Sequence record: SRR2962707_4449
DNA: 38,581 nucleotides
Direction: 5' to 3' (one strand)
In this document: in pieces, positions 9,972 through 18,619 of the stretch
Position numbering within the stretch: the first letter of the stretch is position 1
Layout of the letters: every line of letters begins with the position of its first letter
Notes under the pieces: generated by a model
Databases searched by the model: none
What the model was told of the DNA's origin: nothing
Seen by the model: only the letters and a program-made list of their open reading frames with translations
Made by a program: the position numbers and the translations under genes

Positions 9972-11112
9972 ATGATCTTACTTGGTATTCTTATCATTCT
10001 TTTTGGATTATTTATGTTGTATTTCCGACCTCAGCTCAGTGAGCAGGATATTATTGAAGATGGTGTCCTTATCCGAAGAAAGGCACCCCCATTCCTCTTA
10101 ATGTTCACTAAGAAAATATCCTTGTTTATTGCCGGGGTTGGCTTTATGGTAGCCATGTTGCCCTATCTATTCTTCTGGGCAGAGCCAGGTTATCAATATT
10201 TCCTCGTATATCCTACCGGACATAGTGATGTAGTGATGAATCAGGGAATCAAGTTCAGGGGTTTTGCTAAAGTAGTTCCCTGGCAAAAGTATATCGATGT
10301 AAAAGTGGTGGGAGATGGCGATGAAATTAAAGATATAGAAGGCTTGATGGATCCGATTCCAATCCGGTTTATCGATCAGGTAACAGCTGAAGTTAAAATC
10401 TCAGGTAGATAAAATTGAACATAAGGATACGGTATACACTGATATCCAAAAAACTGAGTCTTCAAGAGAGATCAAAGAGATTCGTACACGATATACAGTG
10501 GAGCTCGTTCTTGAAAATGGGCTACCAAAGCGTATCCCTCACGAATTGACTGAAAATAATATCATTGTTTCTCAGGTAATTGTAGACGATGTGGTCCTTG
10601 AACCGATTTTTAAGCAGCGTCTGGAAGCCCAGCGTGACGAGTCTGCTAAAAGGCAGATAGAGCAACAAAAGGTTGAAACTGCAAAAGCAGCACAAGCCCG
10701 GATCATTGCAGAAGGTGAGCGTGATAAAGCAGCAGAGCGTGTTAATCAGGAAAAAGAGCAGGTCAAGCAACTTATTGCGATAGAAACAAAGCTTAAACAA
10801 GAACGAACCAATAAGGAACTGGCAGCTATCGCTCTGGAAACTGAAAGGCTCAAAGCTCAGCAAAAGAAGGTTTCGGCTGATGCTAAAGCCTATGAAAATG
10901 CAAAACTGGTTACTGCCGGACTAACACCTCAGGAGCGAGCCGAATGGGAGTATAAAACTTCGGTGGGTGTGGCAGCAGAATTAAGCAAGCTGACTTTCCC
11001 TCAGACCATGATCATTGGAGGAGAGGAACAAGGAGGCACGCCTTTGGAGTCGCTGATCGGAGCTGCTATGGCTAAACAGCTGACAAGCACAAATAATAAT
11101 TTTCCTAAATAA
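9972..11112 (+). pseudogene. SPFH/band-7 membrane protein split into two frames
   Basis: 5' ORF (TM helices, AEPGYQY, PIRFIDQVTA) stops at 10412; the +1 frame is open from 10384 (QVDKIEHKD...) and encodes the SPFH end and coiled coil. Confidence 0.75.
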
Positions 11113-11117
11113 TAGCT

Positions 11118-11148
11118 AAGGAGCTTCACAGCTCCTTTCTCCTTTTTT
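11118..11148 (+). terminator. Probable intrinsic terminator
   Basis: AAGGAGC-TTCACA-GCTCCTT followed by a pyrimidine/T tract. Confidence 0.6.
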
Positions 11149-12628
11149 ATCCAACCTGATCGTGATACCCTTTTCCATCCCACACCTGACATCTGATAGC
11201 ACTTCGCAATACCCGCGGTTTGAAAAGCGGCTTACCCATCAGGATTCTGCCGCACTCCTGGATTCCCTCAATAATAGAAGGATGAGGATGAATGAGTTCA
11301 GCAAGTTCTTTTATGCTTTTATCCTGCGATATCAATAACGCTACAGCCTGAATGGCACTCGATGCGTGTTCACCGACCACACGCATACCTAGAATATTCA
11401 TTGCTTCATCGTTGGTTACCAGCACTTTGATAAATCCTTCTGTATTTCTCATCGCTGTAGCACGAGGGATCGTCTCGTAGTTCAAACTCACCATCTTGTA
11501 CTCCAAACCAGCTTCTTTGGCCTGAATTTCATTCATTCCTACACCGGCAATCTCCGGATCCAAGAACATGATCGAAGAGATATTTTTATAAATAAGTGGT
11601 TGCTCTGGCTTACCAAATATTCGCTCAACCGCATATCGACCCTCTAACTCTCCAACATTGACGAGTGAAATATCTGCCGTGATATCTCCTACTGCATAAA
11701 TATTTGAAACAGAGGTCTGTGTGAGATCGTCTTTAATACCTCGATTGTCTATTTCCACTCCAATGCTGTCGTCTACCAGGTTGTCATATTGTGGCACCCG
11801 ACCAATGGAAATAAGTCCTTTTTCTACCCGGAAACTCTCTTTACTCCCATCGTCATATTCGAGGATATACACCACTTCTTCCCCATCTACCTTCATGTCT
11901 ATCAACTTGGAATTCCTGTGAATGAGAACTCCTTTCATTTCAAGGTTCTTTTCAATCACCTTCACCACATCCTCATCCTCAAATGGCAGAATTCGATCCC
12001 CTTTGTCAATGAGGTGAACTTTCGTATGACCGAAGTTGGAAAAGATAGTAGCAAACTCACAACCAATCACCCCGGCTCCAACAATCACGATTGATTTAGG
12101 GAATTTAGTAAGGTTACTTAGCCCATCAGAAGTGAAAACGATCTCTTCATCTATAGGTAGATGTGGTAGCTTTCTCGGCACACTGCCAGTTGCCAAAATG
12201 ATATAATCCGCTTCGATTGTTTGATCCTGACCGTTTCTAATTACTTCAACCGTATTCTTAGATGTCACCTTAGCCGTACCGTGAATATATTCGAACAACT
12301 CATCACCCAAACTAAGGTTGATGTTTTCCATGTGATGGGTCATTAAATCCACTCGCTGTGCAACAGCCTGGGCTACTTCTCCCTTCACCTTTTCAAAGCT
12401 GAATTCTGTACTATTCAGATTGAGCGTGTTTCCATGGAGGTTGATCATTCGGGCTTCACGGGAAATTTCCCACCAGGTTTTGCTCCAAAGTGCTCCCTGA
12501 TGGATTCCGGCTCCACCCAATTTATCTTTCTCTATTAATGCTACACGTTTACCGAAATCGATGGCTCTCATGGCTGCTGCATATCCTGCAGGCCCACCAC
12601 CTATGACACAGACGTCAAATTTCTTCAT
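11147..12628 (-). CDS. Pyridine nucleotide-disulfide oxidoreductase family flavoprotein (Lpd/SthA-like) lacking the redox cysteines
   Basis: GGGPAG FAD motif, ATGS.P, GAGVIGCEFA, IYAVGD, C-terminal HPHPSIIE. Confidence 0.85.
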   Translation of the reverse strand: MKKFDVCVIGGGPAGYAAAMRAIDFGKRVALIEKDKLGGAGIHQGALWSKTWWEISREARMINLHGNTLNLNSTEFSFEKVKGEVAQAVAQRVDLMTHHMENINLSLGDELFEYIHGTAKVTSKNTVEVIRNGQDQTIEADYIILATGSVPRKLPHLPIDEEIVFTSDGLSNLTKFPKSIVIVGAGVIGCEFATIFSNFGHTKVHLIDKGDRILPFEDEDVVKVIEKNLEMKGVLIHRNSKLIDMKVDGEEVVYILEYDDGSKESFRVEKGLISIGRVPQYDNLVDDSIGVEIDNRGIKDDLTQTSVSNIYAVGDITADISLVNVGELEGRYAVERIFGKPEQPLIYKNISSIMFLDPEIAGVGMNEIQAKEAGLEYKMVSLNYETIPRATAMRNTEGFIKVLVTNDEAMNILGMRVVGEHASSAIQAVALLISQDKSIKELAELIHPHPSIIEGIQECGRILMGKPLFKPRVLRSAIRCQVWDGKGYHDQVG

Positions 12629-12703
12629 TTGGCTAGGCGATTGTTTCCCTAAAGATAAAGATTTGATTGATTTAATGAATCAGAAGAAATACGGAGTATG
12701 CAT

Positions 12704-12747
12704 AAAAAACAAAAAGGGTGAAAAATCGAGAACGATTTTCACCCTTC
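12704..12747 (-). terminator. Strong intrinsic terminator
   Basis: GAAGGGTGAAAATCG-TTCT-CGATTTTTCACCCTTT followed by TTGTTTTTT. Confidence 0.85.
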
Positions 12748-12946
12748 TAATACTGCAACTGCCGTAGCAACTGCAATATTTCAAACTACTGTTCGGATTC
12801 CCTTCGGATGCGCCTTCGAGGGTTGCCCCTGCGACCGCTTTTCCTCGGCAGTCATTCAAACTTCGTTGACCCAAGCCAAACTTAAAATCAACTTCCCTTT
12901 GTCTGACTGGAAACCTTCGGTTTCAGTTTCCTATCCCTTGTTTGAT
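12704..12946 (-). ncRNA. Candidate structured non-coding RNA of about 240 nt, family not recognised
   Basis: Promoter upstream, terminator downstream, several hairpins with GNRA/UNCG loops and G-U pairs that form only on the minus strand. Confidence 0.65.
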
Positions 12947-12950
12947 GATA

Positions 12951-12981
12951 CTAATGTAGACCATAATTTTACATCTCCAAA
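12951..12981 (-). promoter_or_regulatory. Bacteroidota housekeeping promoter (-33/-7)
   Basis: TTTG-N19-TACATTAG versus consensus TTTG-N19-21-TAnnTTTG (1 mismatch). Confidence 0.7.
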
Positions 12982-12997
12982 CTTTGTAACCGTCTAG

Positions 12998-13040
12998 TTT
13001 TCAACAAGTTTTCCTTCACTTTTCCACCTATTTATCCACA
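12998..13040 (+). promoter_or_regulatory. Array of DnaA-box-like 9-mers
   Basis: TTTTCAACA 12998, TTTTCCTTC 13009 (degenerate), TTTTCCACC 13020, perfect TTATCCACA 13032. Confidence 0.55.
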
Positions 13041-13044
13041 TCAA

Positions 13045-13770
13045 TCAGGCGACTACTTTTAGCTTCTCAGCCAATAGCTCTCTTATCTCAGGAATAGAAT
13101 TGTAAAGCTGCTCATATGATCCAGTGATAAAGTATTCTGTCTGGAATACATCCTTCCGATATGAAGTATCCAACATGTGATCGATGCTGAATTCATGCTT
13201 AGGTGGCTCCTCACTTAGTGAGAACTTAGTTTCACCGGCAGAAGAGAGTATCCCGGCCCCATATATCCTTAGACCAGCTGGATCCTGAATCAAACCAAAC
13301 TCCACTGTAAACCAGTATACACGTGACAATAGTTGAATGGCATAGTTATTTCCAACATACTCCAAACCAATCTTACTCAACTCTTCCAAAAAATTCACAA
13401 AATGCTGATTGGTCAAGAGCGGAACATGAGCAAACACATCGTGAAACATGTCCGGTTCTTCCAGATAATCCAATTCTTTCATCTTTCTCAACCAAGTAGT
13501 AGCGGGAAACCTACGGTTAGCCATTAGCTCAAAAAAGGTGTAGTCAGGTACGATACCCGGAACTACGGCCAATTGCCACCCTGTGGTGTCCTGAAGGATT
13601 TGATTGGTTTCCTTAAAATCAGGGATAATTCCTGTTTCAAAGTTGGCAATCTTCAATCCCTCACGATAGGCTTCACAAGCATGAGTGGGGAATTGTTTCA
13701 TTTGGCGATCAAATAAGATCTTCCAAACCTCAAAGTCTTCCGTCGTGTAGTTTTCGTAAATCTGTCTCAT
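13045..13770 (-). CDS. phhA: Phenylalanine 4-monooxygenase
   Basis: YLEEPDMFHDVFAHVP, YWFTVEFGL, IYGAGILSS.GE. Confidence 0.92.
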   Translation of the reverse strand: MRQIYENYTTEDFEVWKILFDRQMKQFPTHACEAYREGLKIANFETGIIPDFKETNQILQDTTGWQLAVVPGIVPDYTFFELMANRRFPATTWLRKMKELDYLEEPDMFHDVFAHVPLLTNQHFVNFLEELSKIGLEYVGNNYAIQLLSRVYWFTVEFGLIQDPAGLRIYGAGILSSAGETKFSLSEEPPKHEFSIDHMLDTSYRKDVFQTEYFITGSYEQLYNSIPEIRELLAEKLKVVA

Positions 13771-13772
13771 AC

Positions 13773-14780
13773 TTAATTGGCTATCATATTATTTAATATT
13801 CTTAATTTTTCTATCAAACTGGATGCTTCATTATAATCCAGCGTTTGCTGTCCATCCGAGAAGGCCTCCTCCGGTCGGCAGTGTGTTTCAAAGATCACAC
13901 CATCGGCCCCAGCCACTGTAGCAGCCATCGCCACAGGCCCTACATGATCCCGGATGCCAATTCCGTGTGATGGATCAGCTATTACAGGAAGATGTGATTT
14001 CTCTTTCAGAATCGGAATGGCATTGATATCGAACGTGTTTCGTGAAGCTTTTTCATAAGTTCTGATGCCTCGCTCGCAAAGAAGTAAGCGCTCATTTCCA
14101 CCAGAAAAAATATACTCCGCACTATGTAGGAGTTCATCAATTGTGCCTGAGATACCGCGCTTTAACAAAACGGGCTTATCCACTTTTCCCAGCTCATCAA
14201 GCAGGTTGTAATTCTGTGTATTTCGGGCGCCAACCTGAAAAATATCTACATAGTCGTGCATCTCTTCGATTTGAGATACCTGCATTACTTCAGAAATGAT
14301 TTTAATTCCATTTTCCCGAGCTAGCTTATGCCACAGCTGAAGCCCTTTTATCCCTAAACCTCGGAAAGAATAGGGTGAACTTCTTGGCTTATACACTCCC
14401 CCCCGCATAATCCTGATATCATTCGTTTTGAGAAAGTTGATGGTATCCATTATGTTCTCTTCTCCCTCAATACTGCAAGGTCCGGCCATCAATGAAAAAT
14501 ACCCTCCACCTATTTTCACTTCATCACCAAGATCAATAACCGTAGGGTTTACTTTCCATTTAGTGGAAACCAGCTTATAATCATCAGAAACTACATGGAT
14601 ATCTTTAATACCCTTGAGGTGGCCGATTTTTCGAATATCAAACTGCTTTTTACCTGTTCCAATTAAGTAGCTCCCGTACTGTGTTTGCACATGCGTGGTT
14701 TTGTATTTCAATACATGAAGTTCTCTTTCCACAGAATTCAGCACTTCTCCATTTACTCCTTTTTCTAATTGTATGATCAT
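13773..14780 (-). CDS. aroF: DAHP synthase type I-beta with N-terminal regulatory domain
   Basis: AGPCSIE, RGGVYKPRSSPYSFRG, QVGARNTQN, LCERGIRT, ADPSHG. Confidence 0.9.
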   Translation of the reverse strand: MIIQLEKGVNGEVLNSVERELHVLKYKTTHVQTQYGSYLIGTGKKQFDIRKIGHLKGIKDIHVVSDDYKLVSTKWKVNPTVIDLGDEVKIGGGYFSLMAGPCSIEGEENIMDTINFLKTNDIRIMRGGVYKPRSSPYSFRGLGIKGLQLWHKLARENGIKIISEVMQVSQIEEMHDYVDIFQVGARNTQNYNLLDELGKVDKPVLLKRGISGTIDELLHSAEYIFSGGNERLLLCERGIRTYEKASRNTFDINAIPILKEKSHLPVIADPSHGIGIRDHVGPVAMAATVAGADGVIFETHCRPEEAFSDGQQTLDYNEASSLIEKLRILNNMIAN

Positions 14781-15565
14781 GACCCTTTAATTCCTTTTAC
14801 AAATTCTATAATGCCGCTATTCGATGCATCCTCACTTAGCTGCTTGATGAAGGCACTGCCGATAATTGCCCCGTTGGCATACTCACAGGCCGTCTCAAAT
14901 GTCTCCTTGTCAGAAATGCCAAACCCGATCAATTGTGGGTTTTTTAACTTCATTGATTTGATTCGCTGATAATATGCTGTCTGTCCGACCTGAATTCCCT
15001 TTTTTGCTCCTGTAATGCTTGAAGACGAAACCACATAAATGAATCCACTGGACTGCTCATCTATCTGCCTGATGCGCTGCTCAGAAGTATTTGGACTAAT
15101 GAGAAAGATGTTGTGAAGACCCTTTTCCAGAAATCTATCCTGATAGCTTTCTAGGTATTCCATCATCGGTAAGTCCGGAACAATGACTCCATCTACTCCC
15201 ACTTTAGCACATGAATCACAGAATCGATCTAATCCATACTGAATGATTGGATTGACATACCCCATAAGTAATACCGGAATCGAAACGTGTTCTCGTAAAG
15301 AACTCAACTGCTCGAAAAGTAACTTGATCGTCATTCCATTTTCAAGGGCTTTCTGAGAGCTGTTTTGAATAGTGGGTCCATCAGCTACCGGGTCAGAAAA
15401 TGGCATACCTACCTCCAGCATATCAGCTCCAGCTTCCTCCAGCGATTTGGCAATATGCAGGGTATCGTCAAGGTTGGGAAACCCGGCTGTGAAATAGACG
15501 TTCAGAATATTTCGTTTCTGCTGAAATACCCGATCTATTCGATTCATAACTAATTGCTTATTCAT
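14777..15565 (-). CDS. trpA: Tryptophan synthase alpha chain
   Basis: YFTAGFP, EVGMPFSDPVADGPTIQ, GFGIS, IIGSA; start ATG 15565 or 15547. Confidence 0.95.
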   Translation of the reverse strand: MNKQLVMNRIDRVFQQKRNILNVYFTAGFPNLDDTLHIAKSLEEAGADMLEVGMPFSDPVADGPTIQNSSQKALENGMTIKLLFEQLSSLREHVSIPVLLMGYVNPIIQYGLDRFCDSCAKVGVDGVIVPDLPMMEYLESYQDRFLEKGLHNIFLISPNTSEQRIRQIDEQSSGFIYVVSSSSITGAKKGIQVGQTAYYQRIKSMKLKNPQLIGFGISDKETFETACEYANGAIIGSAFIKQLSEDASNSGIIEFVKGIKGS

Positions 15566-15567
15566 AA

Positions 15568-16752
15568 TTAATACTTCCCCCATTTGATGTAGGTCTCTAA
15601 ATCCTTGTCTCCCCTGCCTGATAAATTCACAACAACCACTTCCTCTTTACCAAATTGTCTGTTTCCAAAAACCGCGAGTGCATGCGCAGATTCAATGGCC
15701 GGAATGATTCCTTCGAGCTTGCTCAATTCTACTCCCGCAATCATCGCTTCTTCATCGGTAATGCTGTAAAATTCAGCTCGACCAGCGTCGAAAAGATGCG
15801 CGTGAATGGGTCCAATGCCAGGATAATCCAACCCTGCAGAAATACTGTATGGCTCTACTACCTGCCCATCCTCTGTTTGCATGAGAAGTGTCTTACTTCC
15901 ATGAAGCACACCCGATTTACCGAGTGCTGTTGTAGCAGCTGACTTTCCTGAGTTAACTCCTAAACCCGCTGCTTCAGCAGCAATCAAATTGACTGATTCA
16001 TCATCCAGAAAGTGATAGAAAGCTCCGGCCGCATTGCTTCCTCCTCCTACACATGCAATCACATGATTAGGAGCATTTTTACCTTCAACCTCCTGCAACT
16101 GCTGCTGTATCTCCATGCTGATCACTGACTGAAAGCGTGCAACCATGTCAGGGTATGGATGAGGTCCAACTACGGAACCAATAATATAGTGCGTGTCATT
16201 GGGATTATTGATCCAGTGACGCATCGCTTCATTGGTCGCGTCTTTCAGTGTTTTGCTACCGGATGTGGCAGGCCGAACTTCAGCACCCAGAATCTTCATC
16301 CGTTCCACATTCGGTTTTTGCCGTGTCATGTCAACCTCACCCATGTATACAATACATTCCATTCCCATCAGCGCACAAACGGTAGCTGTTGCTACTCCAT
16401 GCTGGCCAGCTCCAGTCTCAGCAATAATCTTTGACTTACCCAGCCGCTTTGCTAGCAAAACCTGCCCGATGGTATTGTTTACTTTGTGCGCTCCGGTATG
16501 GCAAAGGTCCTCACGCTTTAGATAGATTTTTGTATTGTACTTCTCCGAAAGTCTGGAGGCATAATAGAGCGGTGTTGGTCTGCCCACATACGTTTTTAGT
16601 AAATGTTCAAACTCATTTTTAAAATCTTCTGACTCAATGATCTCCAGATAGTTTTGCCTTAACTCCTCCACATTCGGATAGAGCATTTCGGGAATGTACG
16701 CTCCTCCAAACTTCCCGTAATATCCTTTCTCGTTAACATTGAACCTGCTCAT
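15568..16752 (-). CDS. trpB: Tryptophan synthase beta chain
   Basis: [41 protein letters not shown]. Confidence 0.97.
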   Translation of the reverse strand: MSRFNVNEKGYYGKFGGAYIPEMLYPNVEELRQNYLEIIESEDFKNEFEHLLKTYVGRPTPLYYASRLSEKYNTKIYLKREDLCHTGAHKVNNTIGQVLLAKRLGKSKIIAETGAGQHGVATATVCALMGMECIVYMGEVDMTRQKPNVERMKILGAEVRPATSGSKTLKDATNEAMRHWINNPNDTHYIIGSVVGPHPYPDMVARFQSVISMEIQQQLQEVEGKNAPNHVIACVGGGSNAAGAFYHFLDDESVNLIAAEAAGLGVNSGKSAATTALGKSGVLHGSKTLLMQTEDGQVVEPYSISAGLDYPGIGPIHAHLFDAGRAEFYSITDEEAMIAGVELSKLEGIIPAIESAHALAVFGNRQFGKEEVVVVNLSGRGDKDLETYIKWGKY

Positions 16753-17780
16753 AAAACTGATTTTAGCTCTTTTAACTTCTGCAAATCCTTTTTAGCTGGT
16801 TCAAATTCAAATCGACTGTTCACATCAATTCCCACAAGCTGCTTCACCTCCATCGCCTTGATCTTTTCAATGTCCTCCAATTGCACACCTCCGCTTAGAA
16901 GGAAGGGTGTTTCCAGATTATAATTCCTAAGAATGTTCCAATCAAAATGGCGTCCCGAACCACCATAGTTGATGGAAGCCGTATCAAAAAGGAAGTAGTC
17001 GGCTATGCCTTGATATTGCTTTGCGACATAGGGGATCGTGTCCATGACACGAAATACCTTGATGATTTTCAACCCTCGTTCTTTCAGTTTTTTTGCAAAG
17101 GTCAGATCCTCATCCCCATGCAATTGAATATATTCAAGACCGTATTTGTCCGCTAATTCCACAATTCGCTCCAATGATTCATTGACAAATACCCCCACTT
17201 TGTGAATGCTGATTGGAATGCGCATGATGAAATCCTCATCCATCTCACCGACAAAGCGTGGAGACTTTGGATAAAAAATGAACCCAATAAAATCCGGCTT
17301 AATATCTATTAAGCCTCTAATATTTTCGGGATCACGCATGCCACATACTTTTAGTTTCAGGTTTTTTGACTCTCCCCTGAATTCTTCGAATTCTTTCCCC
17401 TCTCTTTCAAGAGAGGGGTTAGGGGTGAGTTGAGCCGCAAGCCTTTCATCCACGCTCATCCAATCATTTAGGATTTCTTCGTTTTTAAACCGAAGCACTT
17501 TATAGCCTAAATCAAAAAGTATATCCTCTCTAATCTTATCATATTCAATTTGTTGAGTATGAATTCCACCGTCGACCTCAATAATTAGTTTATGTTCATG
17601 ACAGTAGAAATCAGCAATAAAATAGGACCTATCCTCATGCTCAATTATGAATTGGCGGTTGAACTTTAATCCCTTGAACTTCCGATTTCTAACATTCGCC
17701 CAAAAAATCTTCTCAGCGGGTGTTTGATTCTTTCGTAGGGATCTTGCGTACTCTAATATCTGCGAATATTTCATAAGCAT
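16749..17780 (-). CDS. trpF: DUF559 (Vsr-like) endonuclease fused in frame to phosphoribosylanthranilate isomerase
   Basis: N-terminal [44 protein letters not shown]; from 17360 [43 protein letters not shown]; start ATG 17780/17774 or GTG 17807. Confidence 0.9.
   Translation of the reverse strand: MLMKYSQILEYARSLRKNQTPAEKIFWANVRNRKFKGLKFNRQFIIEHEDRSYFIADFYCHEHKLIIEVDGGIHTQQIEYDKIREDILFDLGYKVLRFKNEEILNDWMSVDERLAAQLTPNPSLEREGKEFEEFRGESKNLKLKVCGMRDPENIRGLIDIKPDFIGFIFYPKSPRFVGEMDEDFIMRIPISIHKVGVFVNESLERIVELADKYGLEYIQLHGDEDLTFAKKLKERGLKIIKVFRVMDTIPYVAKQYQGIADYFLFDTASINYGGSGRHFDWNILRNYNLETPFLLSGGVQLEDIEKIKAMEVKQLVGIDVNSRFEFEPAKKDLQKLKELKSVL
17368..17433 (-). repeat. REP-like palindromic element forming the DUF559-TrpF linker
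   Basis: TCAACTCACCCCTAACCCCTCTCTTGAAAGAGAGGGG plus a partial inverted arm TTCAGGGGAGAGT (17370-17382). Confidence 0.8.
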
Positions 17781-17803
17781 CAGATTTATAATGATCAATC
17801 GTT

Positions 17804-17834
17804 TCACTCTTTCTCAAGAGAGGTAGTGAGTTGA
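17804..17834 (-). repeat. Degenerate copy of the same element at the trpC 3' end
   Basis: TCAACTCACTACCTCTCTTGAGAAAGAG aligns with the 17433 copy, with short deletions in the C runs. Confidence 0.7.
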
Positions 17835-18619
17835 TTTAATTGTCTAATAAATTCCTTAGCAGCCTTTTCAGGCCGACCGGTTTGCATAAATGTTTCTCCA
17901 ATCAAAAATCCTTCATAGCCGTACTCCTTTAATTCCTTAATGGTTTTAGGGTTTGAAATCCCACTTTCAGAAACCTTCACAAAATCAGATGGGATAGAGG
18001 ACGATAGATCTTTAGATGTCTGAATGTTTGTTTCAAAAGTCTTCAGGTTACGATTGTTTACACCGATCAGGTCGACCCCTGTGTCGGTAATGCTCCTTTT
18101 GAGTTCATCTTCATTATGCACTTCCAGCAGCACTTCCATACCTAAACTCTGAGCGAGTGAACCTAACTTTTCAATTTCACTTTTATTCAATACTGCTGCT
18201 ATCAAAAGGATTACATCCGCACCTAATGATTTCGATTCGATGACTTGATATTCATCGATCATAAAATCTTTACGAAGAATGGGACAAAAATTAAAGGAAC
18301 GAGCCACTTTCAGATCTTCCGGATCGCCTCCGAAATACTTCTTGTCTGTCAAAACAGATAGTCCGGATGCTCCCGCCTGCATATATCCTATTGATGCTCT
18401 CTCCACTGATACATGCTTATTCATCTCACCTTTAGAGGGCGATTTTCGCTTAATCTCAGCGATAACCCCAGACTTGTCTTCGCGTTTCAGATATTTCTTC
18501 AATGAAACCGGTTGCCCCTCAAAGAAGATGCTTTTCTCGAGTAATTTGGTTGGATAAAGCTCTTTACTGGATGCAACTTCCTTTCGCTTGTTGGCTACTA
18601 TTTCTGATAAGATGTCCAT
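17804..18619 (-). CDS. trpC: Indole-3-glycerol phosphate synthase
   Basis: IAEIKRKSPSKG, SVLTD..F.G, LRKDF, LLEVH, GVNNRNL, SESGI, LIGE. Confidence 0.95.
   Translation of the reverse strand: MDILSEIVANKRKEVASSKELYPTKLLEKSIFFEGQPVSLKKYLKREDKSGVIAEIKRKSPSKGEMNKHVSVERASIGYMQAGASGLSVLTDKKYFGGDPEDLKVARSFNFCPILRKDFMIDEYQVIESKSLGADVILLIAAVLNKSEIEKLGSLAQSLGMEVLLEVHNEDELKRSITDTGVDLIGVNNRNLKTFETNIQTSKDLSSSIPSDFVKVSESGISNPKTIKELKEYGYEGFLIGETFMQTGRPEKAAKEFIRQLNQLTTSLEKE

Noticed and set aside
12680-12874. 64-aa minus-strand ORF over the candidate RNA
   Set aside because: TTG start, runs through a strong terminator, and has no protein-like features.
12998-13040. Replication origin
   Set aside because: Only one perfect DnaA box, no clear unwinding element and no origin-linked genes.
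13045-13770. Tryptophan hydroxylase, suggested by trp-operon context
   Set aside because: Specificity residues (YWFT) are those of phenylalanine hydroxylase.
17368-17834. Intein, intron or classical IS as explanation of the trpF insert
   Set aside because: No intein splice residues, no intron structure, no transposase motifs, and no terminal inverted repeats with target duplication.
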